Shown one piece after another: positions 36,859 to 51,700 of a stretch of 64,000 nucleotides of DNA (position 1 is the stretch's first letter; every line of letters begins with the position of its first letter). The notes beneath the pieces were generated by a model. That model searched no databases. It saw nothing but the letters and a program-made list of their open reading frames with translations, and was not told the origin of the DNA. A program made the position numbers and the translations under genes. The DNA is from Macrostomum hystrix (taxonomy: Eukaryota; Animalia; Platyhelminthes), in contig CATNEN010000003.1 of the NCBI GenBank assembly GCA_950097015.1, forward strand, positions 13,144,001 to 13,208,000, given 5' to 3'.

Positions 36859-38728
36859 GTTCAGCCATCAGCAGCAGCCAACACTCGAGTCAGACCCAAC
36901 ACTCGAGGAGACCAGAAGCGAAAGTCGTCTCGACCGCCTGAGATACCTTGCTGAGCAACACAGACGACATCGAGTTGAATCTCCCGGCAGTACGTCAACT
37001 ACTTCCAGCGATTTAATAAGTTGTCGTGGATTAACGCCGGCCAAGTCACCGAAGGCCCAGAGCTGTTCTTCGCCATTGAAGAAGAAACCGCTTTCGCAGC
37101 CGCCGCAGCCGCAGCCGTTGCCAAAGCCTCAAAAACTACCAGCTCCACTTGATCGACTACTGATTGAAGCTGCTAAGCTCACAGCTCAGATAGAGCAGCA
37201 GAAGCAGCAGCAGCGGCAGTTGTAGGTTTCTAGGTGGAATCAAATAGACAGCAGTCATCTCATCTCTCAAGATTATGTCACATTATATTCGTTTTTTCAC
37301 AGTAGCTTCTTCGAGTTTTTAGTTCCTTATTTCCTAGTTACAATGCTAACAAATTTCACACTCAGACGCAGCCTAGTACTTTAATTTCTACTTTTAAACT
37401 CTTCTTGTCCTCGCTGTAACCACTTTATTCACCTTTATTATTTAACAATTACGGAAAGACTTTGACTTTCAACCCGGTTAAAATGAACTTTTAGCTTCTT
37501 GATCTATGAAATCTTGAGTAGTTTAGTTTTTTCAGTATCGTTCCTGATAAAAACTTTTGATAAAGGTCACACTATTTGATCTTGGCAGAGAAAAAATGAA
37601 GCTGTAGTAAATTTAGTTTATTCTTAAAACTGAAACTGAGAGACAGAATTACAGCGTAGGATAAAATACAAATAATTGTAAAAGTACACCAACATTTTTT
37701 CAATTTAAATGGCCCTTCAGATTATCAATACCTGCTCACTCAAACTCGGAGGTGGCAAGTGACGAGCAGCAGCAGCAGCAGCAGCAGCAGTCTGCCCGGG
37801 CAGTTTCCATTCCAATTATTGGTACAGCTATTCAGCAACAGCAGAAACCGTCTTCATCCGACACAACTAATCGTTCAAGACGTGTTATCGGTCGGGGTCG
37901 AGGCGGTGGCGTTGGCAGCCATGCCACGTCGTCGTCCCATTCGTTGTCTGTTGAATCCAGTCGGACGCCAAACGTCAATTCGATGTTCACTGTGCCAAAG
38001 GTACAGTTAATGTGCCTTTATTCTAACGAGGATCTGTTCCGTCGGTGGGGTCGGTGGCAGAGTCGTTAACGCATTCGCTGATCTAAATTACGTCCCATTA
38101 ATTTTAACACAGCCGCGGAGAGAAGGCTTGGCGGCTTGTCGTGCAATTTACGCCCTTGAGGGCCAACTTCCAAGGCAGTGTGAAAGTATGTGTCACCTGT
38201 GTCAGCGTGTGCCTGCGTACGGTATCTGTGTGCGTGTGTGCTCAGGAGTTGGCGAAATGCTCCTCGCTGGGTGCGGGTCTAGTGTCACCAAATGGTGTGC
38301 CATTACCCGCAGTCTTCCTGTTGTTATTTTTTTATATCACAACCATTCTTTAGTGTGACAAATAGACTTCAAAATGACCATTCTGTCGAATGACTATGAT
38401 ATCGAATGATCGAAGGACCATGATATCGAATGACCATTCTGTCAACTCTTCCACATCATTATCGCAGGTGACTCAATCCTTGCTGCAGTCCTTCCTTGGC
38501 GCCAACCAATCAGACGACACCCAGCTCTACTTGGCGATGCGGCAGCAGTTTCTTCGCGACGTCATTGTTCGACGTTCAACTGGCGACAGTGACAGCGGCG
38601 GTGGAGTGTCGCCCAGCACAGCTGCCTCCGGCTCTCGACACGGAGGAGGTGCCCAATCAAGACGACGGCTTGAAAAACTCGACGAAGAGGGTGACGGTGG
38701 CTGCTCGAGTCTGCCCGATTTGCGATAG
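35280..38728 (+). CDS. Uncharacterised Gln/Ser-rich protein, probably 5 exons
   Basis: Exons 35280-36037, 36141-36326, about 36772-37221 (acceptor uncertain among nearby AGs), 37721-38000, 38468-38728; phases compatible; AATAAA near 38912. No family recognised. Confidence 0.68.
38047..38335 (+). mobile_element. SINE family A, internally deleted copy
   Basis: Head GGGTCGGTGGCAGAGTCGTTAACGC, body and 3' hairpin homologous to the other copies. Confidence 0.82.
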
Positions 38729-39169
38729 GGGCTTGAGATTTTTTATGTCGCCATGCACTCACTATACTACTATTCTGTAGTTCGTGAGTAGAATGCTTCG
38801 TTCCCTTGTAAACGAAAATTTCTCGTTTCTCTGTCGGTAATCTGTTTGCACACCTAATTTTTTTACCGTTTGTACTCGTAGATAGGTCCTTACAGTTGCA
38901 CTGGTCTTTCAAATAAACTTTAAATATTATTAGTGTCGCTCACAGAATGCAAATTCGTTTATTTAACGGACATAAGACTTAACGACTTTTGGAAGACATT
39001 AAAAACTCATTTTGAGACATTATAACATTGCATGAATTAGTAAATTTATCTGGCGCTCATCGGTGGAAATGGCACGACAAGCCCTCAAGCCTTCTCTCCG
39101 CGCGGCTCCGCCCAAAATGGAATGTCACTGAGATTCGGACGAATCATCGCTCCGCCTAAAGAAGTAATT

Positions 39170-41205
39170 AGGCCATAGACATTAAGCGAATTCAATTTAA
39201 TCCAAAGATTATAAATACCCAAGATACGTCACTCAATGCAAAAATCTGGTTTTCGCTCTCATCACACAATTTATGCCATAGATTTTTAATTTATATTTAT
39301 ATTTATATTTGAAATAAATGTCATAAAAAGCCATAGACACAACAGCGGGCTGTTATCTTTGCTTTTCGAGGATGTATTTTTCGCCAAACCCGCAAGTTCA
39401 CCAACTCGCAACGAATTCCAAAAAAGTACAAACACGACAAAATTTGAAACTATCGGGGCAAAATAAGGCAAAGTTTTAGTTTAGTTGTTGATAACTACTG
39501 AGCAATTTTTGAAGACAAAGCTGCTAGCACTAGACGCCTTAGCAACCTCACAAAGCTTCTTGTTGTCCAAGACTGCCGATGATTGACAGATCTGAATATC
39601 CGACGTTCGCTTGTACGCTTGCACTCCGGTGACACTCCGATGTCCAGTGCGCTTCATTATCTGTTGTTCCTCGATACCAGATTGATAAAGTCTAGTAGCG
39701 CAGGTTGCGCGCAGACTATGGCTGGTCTTCTTGCCTTGGACACCAGCCGTTTTGCACATGTCGGCTAGAAATTTACTTAACTGGTTTTTTCCGATAGGTC
39801 GACTGGAGAACCAAATGTGCGTAGGCGTCTTGGCGGGCAGCAAATCGTAGAACCATTTGTTGCCGCTCGGCCTTACAGACATGAACTTTTGAAACAATCA
39901 AACGTGGCAGCGAGCAGGGTTTGTCTCGTTGGGAAACTGGATGACCTCCTTTGGCTCGTAGCGAGTGTCACTCAAACCGCCTGCATTGGTCTTGGTTGCA
40001 GTCTCCTTGTATACAAGGCACATCTTGCCGTTTCTGTCCTCGAGGCCGGGTCAATGGAGAGCTGACTGTGTTCCTGACCACACCGAAGGGCAAAGTGCAA
40101 ACCGTTTAGATAGAAGAGTGTCCTTAATAGCTGCTCAGGTGTTTCGCTGCCCAGGACCTTGTCCCACAGCTTCTCTTCATCTGCGTAGCTGATAATCTCT
40201 GCGTGCTGTTTGTTTAGTCCTAGTCCTTCCTTTGTACCCATCATAGCGGCATCCAAGCTTTCTCTTACGAGGTGAAATGCCTCACCTCTGAAGAAGTCGA
40301 CCTGACGAACTGTACGGACTGTCTGCTGTAGGCCGGCAATCAGTGACACCTGTGAATTTGGAGGGTATTTCAATCCATCTTCGCGTCGCACTTCGTGAAT
40401 AAAGACGGACAGACACTTGCTTAGCTCGGAATCGTCCAAGTTATGCACGTCGCGGCTGCAGTCATATGCCTTGCTGCGTCTCCATCGGTCAAACACACTC
40501 ACCGCCCAGCGATTTCTATTGTCGGTATTCACCAACTTTGTTGTGCCGTTGAGTTGCTTTATCACTTCAATATCATACTCGATTCCGTCTGCAGTTGAAG
40601 ACCTAGAAGCCGTAACTTGTGGTGCAACTTGCATTCCTTCTCCAAACTCAGCTCCCTCTCTGGCTTCCAACTGTTGTCGTTCCTATTCACGCAACTTTTG
40701 CAACGCATAGGGATCACTCAGATCATTTTCAGAACTGAGTAGTTGCTCAAAATCTTCGGTGGACAGAACATTTGGATCATAATCGCCGACAAAATCCACA
40801 GATAAATCAATCAATGGAGTAATCCTAAACATTATATTCTAGCAATCGATTTTCTGCTTGCTCATAAAGCTAAAAAACGCAGCTATACTCATGTTTCGCT
40901 TTAAATCCATTCTATAGTTGACTCAAAGCGGACCATAGACATTTAATGAACAAGATATTCACTATGCTTAGAAACGTTTTTTTAGACTGATACGGAAGAA
41001 TTCAGTGTCTATGGTCCAAACTATATTCCGGGTTGTATCAAAATACATCCCGGAGTTTAAAAGTGAGATTTAATAGATTAATAGATTTAAGTGAGATAAT
41101 GCATGGCCTTTTACGGGTTGTATTATCTTAAATCCCTCGAGCCTTCGGCTCTGGCGATTTAAACAAATCATGCTTTATCTAAACGCCATGCTTTATCTTC
41201 TACAT
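39170..41205 (-). mobile_element. Decayed Crypton-type tyrosine-recombinase DNA transposon (DUF3504/CryptonA-like)
   Basis: Disrupted coding region about 40865-39481: LSVFIHEVRREDGLKYPPNS, FALRCGQEH, TKTNAGGL, WFSSRPIGKNQL, TSHSLRATCATRLY, TGHRS, AYKR. Frameshift near 40050; in-frame TGA near 39899; stops in the N-terminus. Element boundaries are approximate. Confidence 0.82.
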
Positions 41206-42737
41206 ATTTAGCCTCCGCTTCTGACTCGGTATGGGAAATTTGGAGTGACAAATGTCCCTTCTGAAATGGTGGGCCTCACCCCATTTAGTCTATGGGGGGA
41301 ACTCAATGAGTGACTCAACTTCGTTTCTTGGAAAATTTATTGTAGGCTGATTTTCACGGAAAATGCACTAGCGAGATACTTTTCACGTTTTTTTCACATG
41401 AACATGTTGATAACTTTTTTTGCAAGCAGATCAATGCAAAACATGCTGCTTCGCCGATTTTGATTGAACTTCATAAATAATTAATCTTTATTTTTTTCAT
41501 TTATTTATTATGAAGCACAATAGTAACCAATAAGCCATAAGATTGGCATATAGCCTGCTGATTTTTTAATGAAAAAAACTCTTTCGTTATCAAATAGTAC
41601 ACCCATACTTGAGCATGGCTTTTCACTAGCTATTGTGCTTCATGATCAAATAATTCTAGTGTCTAAATAGAATAATCACTGTTTAAATCGAATTTCTGCT
41701 GTTTAAATTGAATTAGCATCGGTCGAAAATGAACATTGAGTTGCCTAATTTGAATATCGGGTTTGTTGAAATTGAATGGGAAAAGCTGTAGATTTAGATT
41801 AGCTGTCAATCAAAGACTGTTCAAATAAAGTCAAGCAGAAAAGTTTATTGAAAAAGTGCACATTTTGACAGAAATGAAGTGTCAACCAATTAGTAGAGAA
41901 AGTGATTCTAAAAACGTTTAGAACGTTGACATCAACTTCGTTTATCAGTCATAGAGATACGTGTTTAGTTCGGTGCCCGTCAATCAACTCTCTGATTGGT
42001 CAAAGCTTCAACAGACGAATCAGGATAGAGGCATTTAAGAGCACTTGCAAAGAGGAACAAGCGCCAGATATTAAACTTCGGTTATAGTGGTTATCGAAAA
42101 TCAATATAGCACCTTTAGTAACTGCGTTTAACTGGACAATTAGGCCCTTTAAACTAGAGTGGCTATATAGCCGCTATTTTAAACACGGAAGAACAAATTT
42201 AAGCTGCATTGACACCGATTCATCAACTGTCGACTGGCTGTTCTGATGTACAGCTAAAAGGTAGGTCCCAGTCGTCCACCTATACGAATAGGTGGTCAAG
42301 TATATAGTATCTTCATCACTAGCATGTCAATAATCGCGCCTATAATAAACAAAATTTATTTCTATTCTAAAAAAAAACTACGGCTGCGAGTAAAGCCAAA
42401 CACTAGAATTGTTTTAGAAGCGTACAACAAAGTAATTGATCGTAACTTTAAACATCCGGTGAAAATTTTAAATGCGATTAATTGCGCACTCAGCTAGCAA
42501 ACAGGACTCCATATAGCAGTTCTGTTGATGGTAATTTTTGTTGTCAAAAAAACTCGGTCTATTTTTGTGAAGAGCAGTTAGTTTTCTGATGAAACAAATG
42601 AGCCTACTCGTAGCAATTTTAACAGTTTATTATGTAAAGCTATTCATCAAAATCAACTTTTGACAACTAAACAATATGCATGGTCTAACGAGTTTAATTA
42701 CTTCTACTCTATAATTGCCATAGTTTTACTGTTTTTG

Positions 42738-43045
42738 TCTTCTACTTTTTCTACTTTATCTACTTTATCTACGATATCTACTTTATCTACGATATCTACT
42801 TTATCTACTTTTTCTACTTTATCTACGTTATCCACTTTATCTACTTTATCTACTTTATCTACGTTATTTACTTTATCTATTTTTTCTACTTTATCTACTT
42901 CATCTACTTTTTCTACTTTATCTACTTTATCTACTTTATCTACTTTATCTACTTTATCTACTTTTTCTACTTTATCTACTTTATCTACGTTATCTACGTT
43001 ATCTACTTTATCTACTTTATCTACTTTATCTACTTTATCTACTCT
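42738..43045. repeat. 9-bp repeat (TCTACTTTA)n
   Basis: Visible array; explains the STL/VDK ORFs. Confidence 0.95.
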
Positions 43046-43088
43046 GTCTTTTGTATCTCGATATAGTAGATTTCCCAATTGATTGGAA

Positions 43089-43252
43089 CAATTTGTGTCC
43101 ATTAGAAAGACTCTTTAGCTATGCATTGCTTCAGTTCACCCTGCCGTTAAAATGGATACCAGCATCAGCTGGGGTATTTGATGGCGGGTGTGGTGTCCCC
43201 CCAGTCCACGCACGGACTACAATTATTACTTTATTACTTTATTACTATTATT
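43089..43252 (+). mobile_element. 5'-truncated SINE family B copy
   Basis: TGCATTGCTTCAGTTCACC...TTAAAATGGATACC...AGCTGGG...GGGTGTGGTGTCCCC.CAGTCCA aligns to 7078-7185; TTA-rich tail. Confidence 0.72.
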
Positions 43253-43939
43253 TCTAGGAAACTGGCCCGCATACACACAAGCTTGCAATGATGAGACCAA
43301 AACGATAAAATCCTTTAATTCATTAATTACTTTCTAAGCTTATCAGTTCCAGAAAAAATGCGATGGCCTAGAATTTGGCCTAACTCAAATTTCCTAAAAT
43401 CAAAGCCAGACATCCCAAATAGCGGTTTGTTCTGATCCGCTAAACAAAATGATTTTTGAAAAATAACGAGACGCAACGACCTACAGAAAAGCACACAATA
43501 TATCTCTTACTTTATCGTCTCCAAGCCTTCAAATCCCAGACAAAGGGATGGAGAGATTTAGGGCTTGTCCGAGAATCAGTTTCTGCCATATTTTCCTGTT
43601 GAACCACTTTGAGATTGTAATCAATATTATTATCGGTTCGTGGGGTATAATCTTCCATAATCACTGGCCAAAGCACAGGAAATTAAATTCTAGAAATGAT
43701 AGTTTGCGCGTCTTGTGTTCAATTCCTGCATGTAAAAGTACATTTGAATCTTCTCAACTGCACCGGATGCCAATGCAGGAAAATCTTGTTTAATCGAATG
43801 TTGTAAAATTCCAAGATGCTATTCTTAATTCTTTAGACGCTTAATTGAAGATTTACCTGATATAAAAACTTTTTGTTTGTTTAATTTGATCGCTTTCTTT
43901 GTGTATTTCGGATTTTCCGAAGACACAGACAAGAAGCCA

Positions 43940-44475
43940 CTACTGACAGACTGGAATCCAATTATACTGACAGACTGGAATCCAATGCTGACAGACTGGA
44001 ATCCAATGCTGACAGACTGGAATCCAATGCTGAAAGACTGGAATCTAATGCTGACAGACTGGAATCCAATGCTGACAGACTGGAATCCAATGCTGACAGA
44101 CTGGAATCTAATTATACTGACAGACTGAAATCCAATTATACTGACAGACTGGAATCCAATACTGACAGACTGGAATCCAATTATACTGACAGACTGGAAT
44201 CCAATTATAGTGACAGACTGGAATCCAATACTGACAGACTGGAATCCAATACTGACAGACTGGAATCCAATGCTGAAAGACTGGAATCTAATGCTGACAG
44301 ACTGGAATCCAATGCTGACAGACTGGAATCCAATGCTGACAGACTGGAATCTAATTATACTGACAGACTGGAATCCAATTATACTGACAGACTGGAATCC
44401 AATACTGACAGACTGGAATCCAATTATACTGACAGACTGGAATCCAATTATAGTGACAGACTGGAATCTAATGCT
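43940..44475. repeat. 21/24-bp minisatellite (CTGACAGACTGGAATCCAATG)n
   Basis: Visible array; explains the LTDWNP ORFs. Confidence 0.95.
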
Positions 44476-47146
44476 ATCTTTCTATCTATCTTTCTATCTA
44501 TCTATCTAAGGGCATGTCATGTTTTGCACTTTAAACTGGCTACAAAAAATCTTCCCATCTCTATGCTAGTCTGGATCCCATCAAATCCAAATCGCAATAT
44601 AGAGGGATAAGGGATTTGTGTTATCAGCCGCCATGTCACCACACGCTCAGACGTTGATCCAACAATGTCCAATTTCTAAAGCTCGGCTATAGGACGCATT
44701 GCCAAGTGGTTGAATGCGAATTAACAAAAGTTCACTAGCTTGCCGAATTCTTGGAATTCTCCGCACGGCATCTTATTATAGGCAGGCCTCAAGAACAAAT
44801 CCCGAAGACTCCCCTTCTTCTAGCTAGGCGAAATCTCAGTCTTATAATTGAATGCGAGATTGGGAATCAGAGAGGCGCCAAATTATTTACACTCCTCACC
44901 GGCTGCTGGGGGTACCTGCTCGCGGTTACCCCACTACCCACGGCCTTGAGTTTCCCAGCTCTCGGTCGCATTTTGGTCGGCATATGGAAATTGTCGAGAG
45001 AGAGAGAGAAAGAATGGTAGAGACTTTATGCAAGCATCGGCCTTCAGTGATAATCTAATTTTCCAATTCTACCGCGCTATCCCGGCCGCCAATACTTTTC
45101 CGTCTTATAGCAGCTCCTCTCTTTTCTCTTATTCGGCATGTTCAGATCTCTGGGACTGTCTGTCTGAGAAACTGTGAGAAGTGTGAATCGGCGATGGGGT
45201 CCCCCCGACATGTCGTTTTTATGAGCTGAATCCTGCCTGAAGTCATCTGTGTCGTCTTCTTGGGATTCTTCTAGTCGAAGCGGCAGCACTCCCAGCTCAC
45301 CCCCCTCTCTCCCAGGATTGAATTGAGGGGGGGGGTGAGGTTCCCGCGAGACTGAAAGCAAAAAATCGATTTGTGAGCAGCTGTCGGTTCACTTGTCTAC
45401 CGGCTATAAGGGCCGAGAGGCGACTCAATTTGGGAAACAGTTAGGAGGAGAACACAAGCGAAGAAGCAGATTAACATTCCATGATGATAAAAGGGCAGAG
45501 AAGTAATATATTGACTCTAACTGTTTCAATTAGTTGACTTCTTTTTGTCTTCAGAATATAAAGAGCAATTATCCCAAATAATTCCGGCTAATGTCATTAA
45601 ACATTCTCTTGGAAGCATTTCAACACAATTGAGGTACCAAATAATTTTGTTCTGTCAAATTAAAAAAAAAATTATTTTCAAATGTAAAAAAACTGAAAAA
45701 CTGAGTAATGTTTAAAAATTCTAACTGATAAAAAACAGTTATTTCGTAGATAAAAATGTCTTTTTTTCAAAATAACACGTAAATTTCGAAAAACGTTCTT
45801 TGGGAAGCATTTCATTACTAAAAAGTCATAATTTTTTTCTTTTTCTAATGCACATAATCTACTAAAATAAAGAAAGCAAAAACTGAAAAATGTTAGAGTT
45901 CTTACTAAACCCGGAAATTTTGTTAAAAACTTTAGTTGAGAAACGCAAAAGATGCACAATGATTTTATTTTAAAATTGCCTAGGAAAAAAAGACTAGCAA
46001 AAAACATTCACGGCTTTTAAAACCGGAAATTGCACGTTTAATACGAAAATCTGTTTAAAATAAAAACAAAAAACTGAATAATGTTAACGAATTCTAAAGC
46101 CGGAAAATTTATTCTAAGTTTAAAATTTGAGAAACGAAAAAGTACACTATTACTCGTATTTCATTTTGAATTCGTATGGAAAAATGACTAGTCACAATTA
46201 AATCTTTCACTGCTTTTTAAACCGGATATTATACTTGAAAATTTCAGCCAATGTAAATTAATCGTAAATCCTACGAGCGTACAAATGATTTTAAGTGTCG
46301 GAATATGACGCACCTATAGCTTGTCCAATAAAGCGATATATTTCTTCTGACATGAGAGGAAGCAGTTTCAGCTCTTTGCATATCCTCTCCCAGCAGTGTC
46401 AATATTAGTTCTGTGTCAGAATTTTGCTCACTTTTTTACCGTTAATTCATCATAAGAACATATTGGCTGCGGCGGGGAGATGTATAGTAAACATTTAGAT
46501 CGATTTCTCAGAAGCGCGATATTAATTGATATTTAATTATTTAGTTTAAGCATAAGTGCACATGTACCTACAGCAATTATTAAATTAATTAAGATTTTTA
46601 TTTTCAACAAAGGTTGCCATGAGAATTGCATAAATCAATAAGATGTAACAAACGAATGTATGGAAGGCAAAATATTGGCTGTCTTTGAAATTAAATGAAT
46701 TCGTCTTTAATCCTTGTAGAAGCAGTAGATAAAGTCTGAAAATCTTTAGACTTTCTTGTCGAGGCAATTCAGTTTTTGAAAGCAGACAAGCACATAATAG
46801 AGCAAAGCAGAACCTTGGTCTCATATAGCAGCATTCACTAGGCATTCAGCGAATATGCAGATGGCGACACATACACTTTTCTAAAACAGCGCCAGTCAAT
46901 ACTAATCTTTTCTTACGAACTTTATATCACAGGAAAAGGCCTGGATTATAACAAAAACTGGACACCCAGCAACACGAAATTCCTTGGGGGCTTGGAATCT
47001 ATTATGATGATGAAACGGCTATTGGGATTTAAATAGATTGAATGCGACAAGTGAATATATCGATCTGCAGACATTTATTCTGTCCAATTTCAAATTCCTA
47101 AAAGTAAGAAACTTATTGATGGTGAAGCAAATGTTTATTTAGCTGA

Positions 47147-48118
<972 letters not shown>

Positions 48119-48714
48119 CTTTTTAACTTACCATATCAGAAGCAAATTTCCTTCAGAACCCAATCTCACACGATTGCTGCAGTCTTCACAGCGACCCCAC
48201 AAAACCCCCACCCAGCTCTTGACAATGTTTTTCCAATACCCAAACAAGCGATTCCAGTGTAAGCTGTGGATGAAAAGCATTTCCAAGCCGATTCCTTTAT
48301 CCTAATTTCAAAGAATTATTGCCGCAACGCTTGAAAAACTGTCTGGGCAATGCAGTAAAAATAACACAGGGCATGTGTACCGCATCACCGCTTTTTGGCA
48401 GTGCCTGTGTGTTTTAGGCATCAGTGCAGTGCGGATGGTCATGACTTTTTCGTGCGACTAAATTTATGAAAATTCTTGCTTTGTGTCTTTCTAAGACGTA
48501 CCTTTTATTTTTGTCTTTTTACAATAATTTTACATTGGATCTCATTATGAATATTATTATCTGTATCATCGTCAATCACTATCAGTTGTATCATAATCAA
48601 TCTCATCGTCCGTCTAATATATCTCTAATAAATCTTATCTGAATCTAACTGATCTCATAATCAATATAATCAATCTCATACTCAATCTTATGGTCAATCA
48701 AATATAGTCATCAA

Positions 48715-51700
48715 CAATCTCATCAATCTCATCAATATCACCAATCATATCTCAATCTCGCCACTCACATCAATCTCATCAATATCACCAATCATATCTC
48801 AATCTCACCACTCACATCAATCTCATCAATATCACCAATCCTATCTTAATCTCACCACTCACATCAATCTCATCAATATCACCAATCATATCTCAATCTC
48901 ACCACTCACATCAATCTCATCAATATCACCAATCATATCGCAATCTCACCACTCACATCAATCTCATCAATATCACCAATCATATCTCAATCTCACCACT
49001 CACATCAATCTCATCAATATCACCAATCATATCTCAATCTCATCACTCACATCAATCTCATCAATATCACCAATCCTATATCAATCTCATCACTCACATC
49101 AATCTCATCAATATCACAAATCCTATCTCAATCTCACCACTCACATCAATCTCATCAATATCACCAATCCTATATCAATCTCATCACTCACATCAATCTC
49201 ATCAATATCACCAATCCTATATCAATCTCATCACTCACATCAATCTCATCAATATCACAAATCCTATCTCAATCTCACCACTCACATCAATCTCATCAAT
49301 ATCACCAATCCTATATCAATCTCACCACTCACATCAATCTCATCAATATCACCAATCCTATATCAATCTCATCACTCACATCAATCTCATCAATATCACA
49401 AATCCTATCTCAATCTCATCACTCACATCAATCTCATAAATATCACCAATCCTATCTCAATCTCGCCACTCACATCAATCTCATCAATATCACCAATCCT
49501 ATCTCAATCTTACCACTCACATCAATCTCATCAATATCACCAATCATATCTCAATCTCACCACTCACATCAATCTCATCAATATCACCAATCCTATATCA
49601 ATCTCATCACTCACATCAATCTCATCAATATCACAAATCCTATCTCAATCTCACCACTCACATCAATCTCATCAATATCACCAATCCTATATCAATCTCA
49701 TCACTCACATCAATCTCATCACTCACATCAATCTCATCAATATCACAAATCCTATCTCAATCTCACCACTCACATCAATCTCATCAATATCACCAATCAT
49801 ATCTCAATCTCGCCACTCACATCAATCTCATCAATATCACCAATCATATCTCAATCTCACCACTCACATCAATCTCATCAATATCACCAATCCTATCTCA
49901 ATCTCACCACTCACATCAATCTCATCAATATCACCAATCCTATCTCAATCTCACCACTCACATCAATCTCATCAATATCACCAATCATATCTCAATCTCG
50001 CCACTCACATCAATCTCATCAATATCACCAATCATATCTCAATCTCACCACTCACATCAATCTCATCAATATCACCAATCATATCTCAATCTCACCACTC
50101 ACATCAATCTCATCAATATCACCAATCATATCTCAATCTCGCCACTCACATCAATCTCATCAGTATCACCAATCATATCTCAATCTCACCACTCACATCA
50201 ATCTCATCAATATCACCAATCATATCTCAATCTCACCACTCACATCAATCTCATCAATATCACCAATCCTATATCAATCTCACCACTCACATCAATCTCA
50301 TCAATATCACCAATCCTATATCAATCTCATCACTCACATCAATCTCATCAATATCACCAATCATATCTCAATCTCACCACTCACATCAATCTCATCAATA
50401 TCACAAATCCTATCTCAATCTCACCACTCACATCAATCTCATCAATATCACCAATCCTATATCAATCTCACCACTCACATCAATCTCATCAATATCACCA
50501 ATCCTATATCAATCTCATCACTCACATCAATCTCATCAATATCACAAATCCTATCTCAATCTCATCACTCACATCAATCTCATAAATATCACCAATCCTA
50601 TCTCAATCTCGCCACTCACATCAATCTCATCAATATCACCAATCCTATCTCAATCTTACCACTCACATCAATCTCATCAATATCACCAATCATATCTCAA
50701 TCTCACCACTCACATCAATCTCATCAATATCACCAATCCTATATCAATCTCATCACTCACATCAATCTCATCAATATCACAAATCCTATCTCAATCTCAC
50801 CACTCACATCAATCTCATCAATATCACCAATCCTATATCAATCTCATCACTCACATCAATCTCATCACTCACATCAATCTCATCAATATCACAAATCCTA
50901 TCTCAATCTCACCACTCACATCAATCTCATCAATATCACCAATCATATCTCAATCTCGCCACTCACATCAATCTCATCAATATCACCAATCATATCTCAA
51001 TCTCACCACTCACATCAATCTCATCAATATCACCAATCCTATCTCAATCTCACCACTCACATCAATCTCATCAATATCACCAATCCTATCTCAATCTCAC
51101 CACTCACATCAATCTCATCAATATCACCAATCATATCTCAATCTCGCCACTCACATCAATCTCATCAATATCACCAATCATATCTCAATCTCACCACTCA
51201 CATCAATCTCATCAATATCACCAATCATATCTCAATCTCACCACTCACATCAATCTCATCAATATCACCAATCATATCTCAATCTCGCCACTCACATCAA
51301 TCTCATCAGTATCACCAATCATATCTCAATCTCACCACTCACATCAATCTCATCAATATCACCAATCATATCTCAATCTCACCACTCACATCAATCTCAT
51401 CAATATCACCAATCCTATATCAATCTCACCACTCACATCAATCTCATCAATATCACCAATCCTATATCAATCTCATCACTCACATCAATCTCATCAATAT
51501 CACCAATCATATCTCAATCTCACCACTCACATCAATCTCATCAATATCACCAATCATATCTCAATCTCACCACTCACATCAATCTCATCAATATCACCAA
51601 TCCTATCTCAATCTCACCACTCACATCAATCTCATCAATATCACCAATCCTATCTCAATCTCACCACTCACATCAATCTCATCAATATCACCAATCATAT

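Noticed and set aside
44510-45480. Possible minus-strand retroelement ending in the GATA tract at about 44480-44507
   Set aside because: No TSD, Pol III boxes or protein motif identified.
46933-47103. Possible non-coding 5' exon of GluN2 (CACAG acceptor, GTAAGA donor)
   Set aside because: Splice-like motifs alone are insufficient without transcript data.
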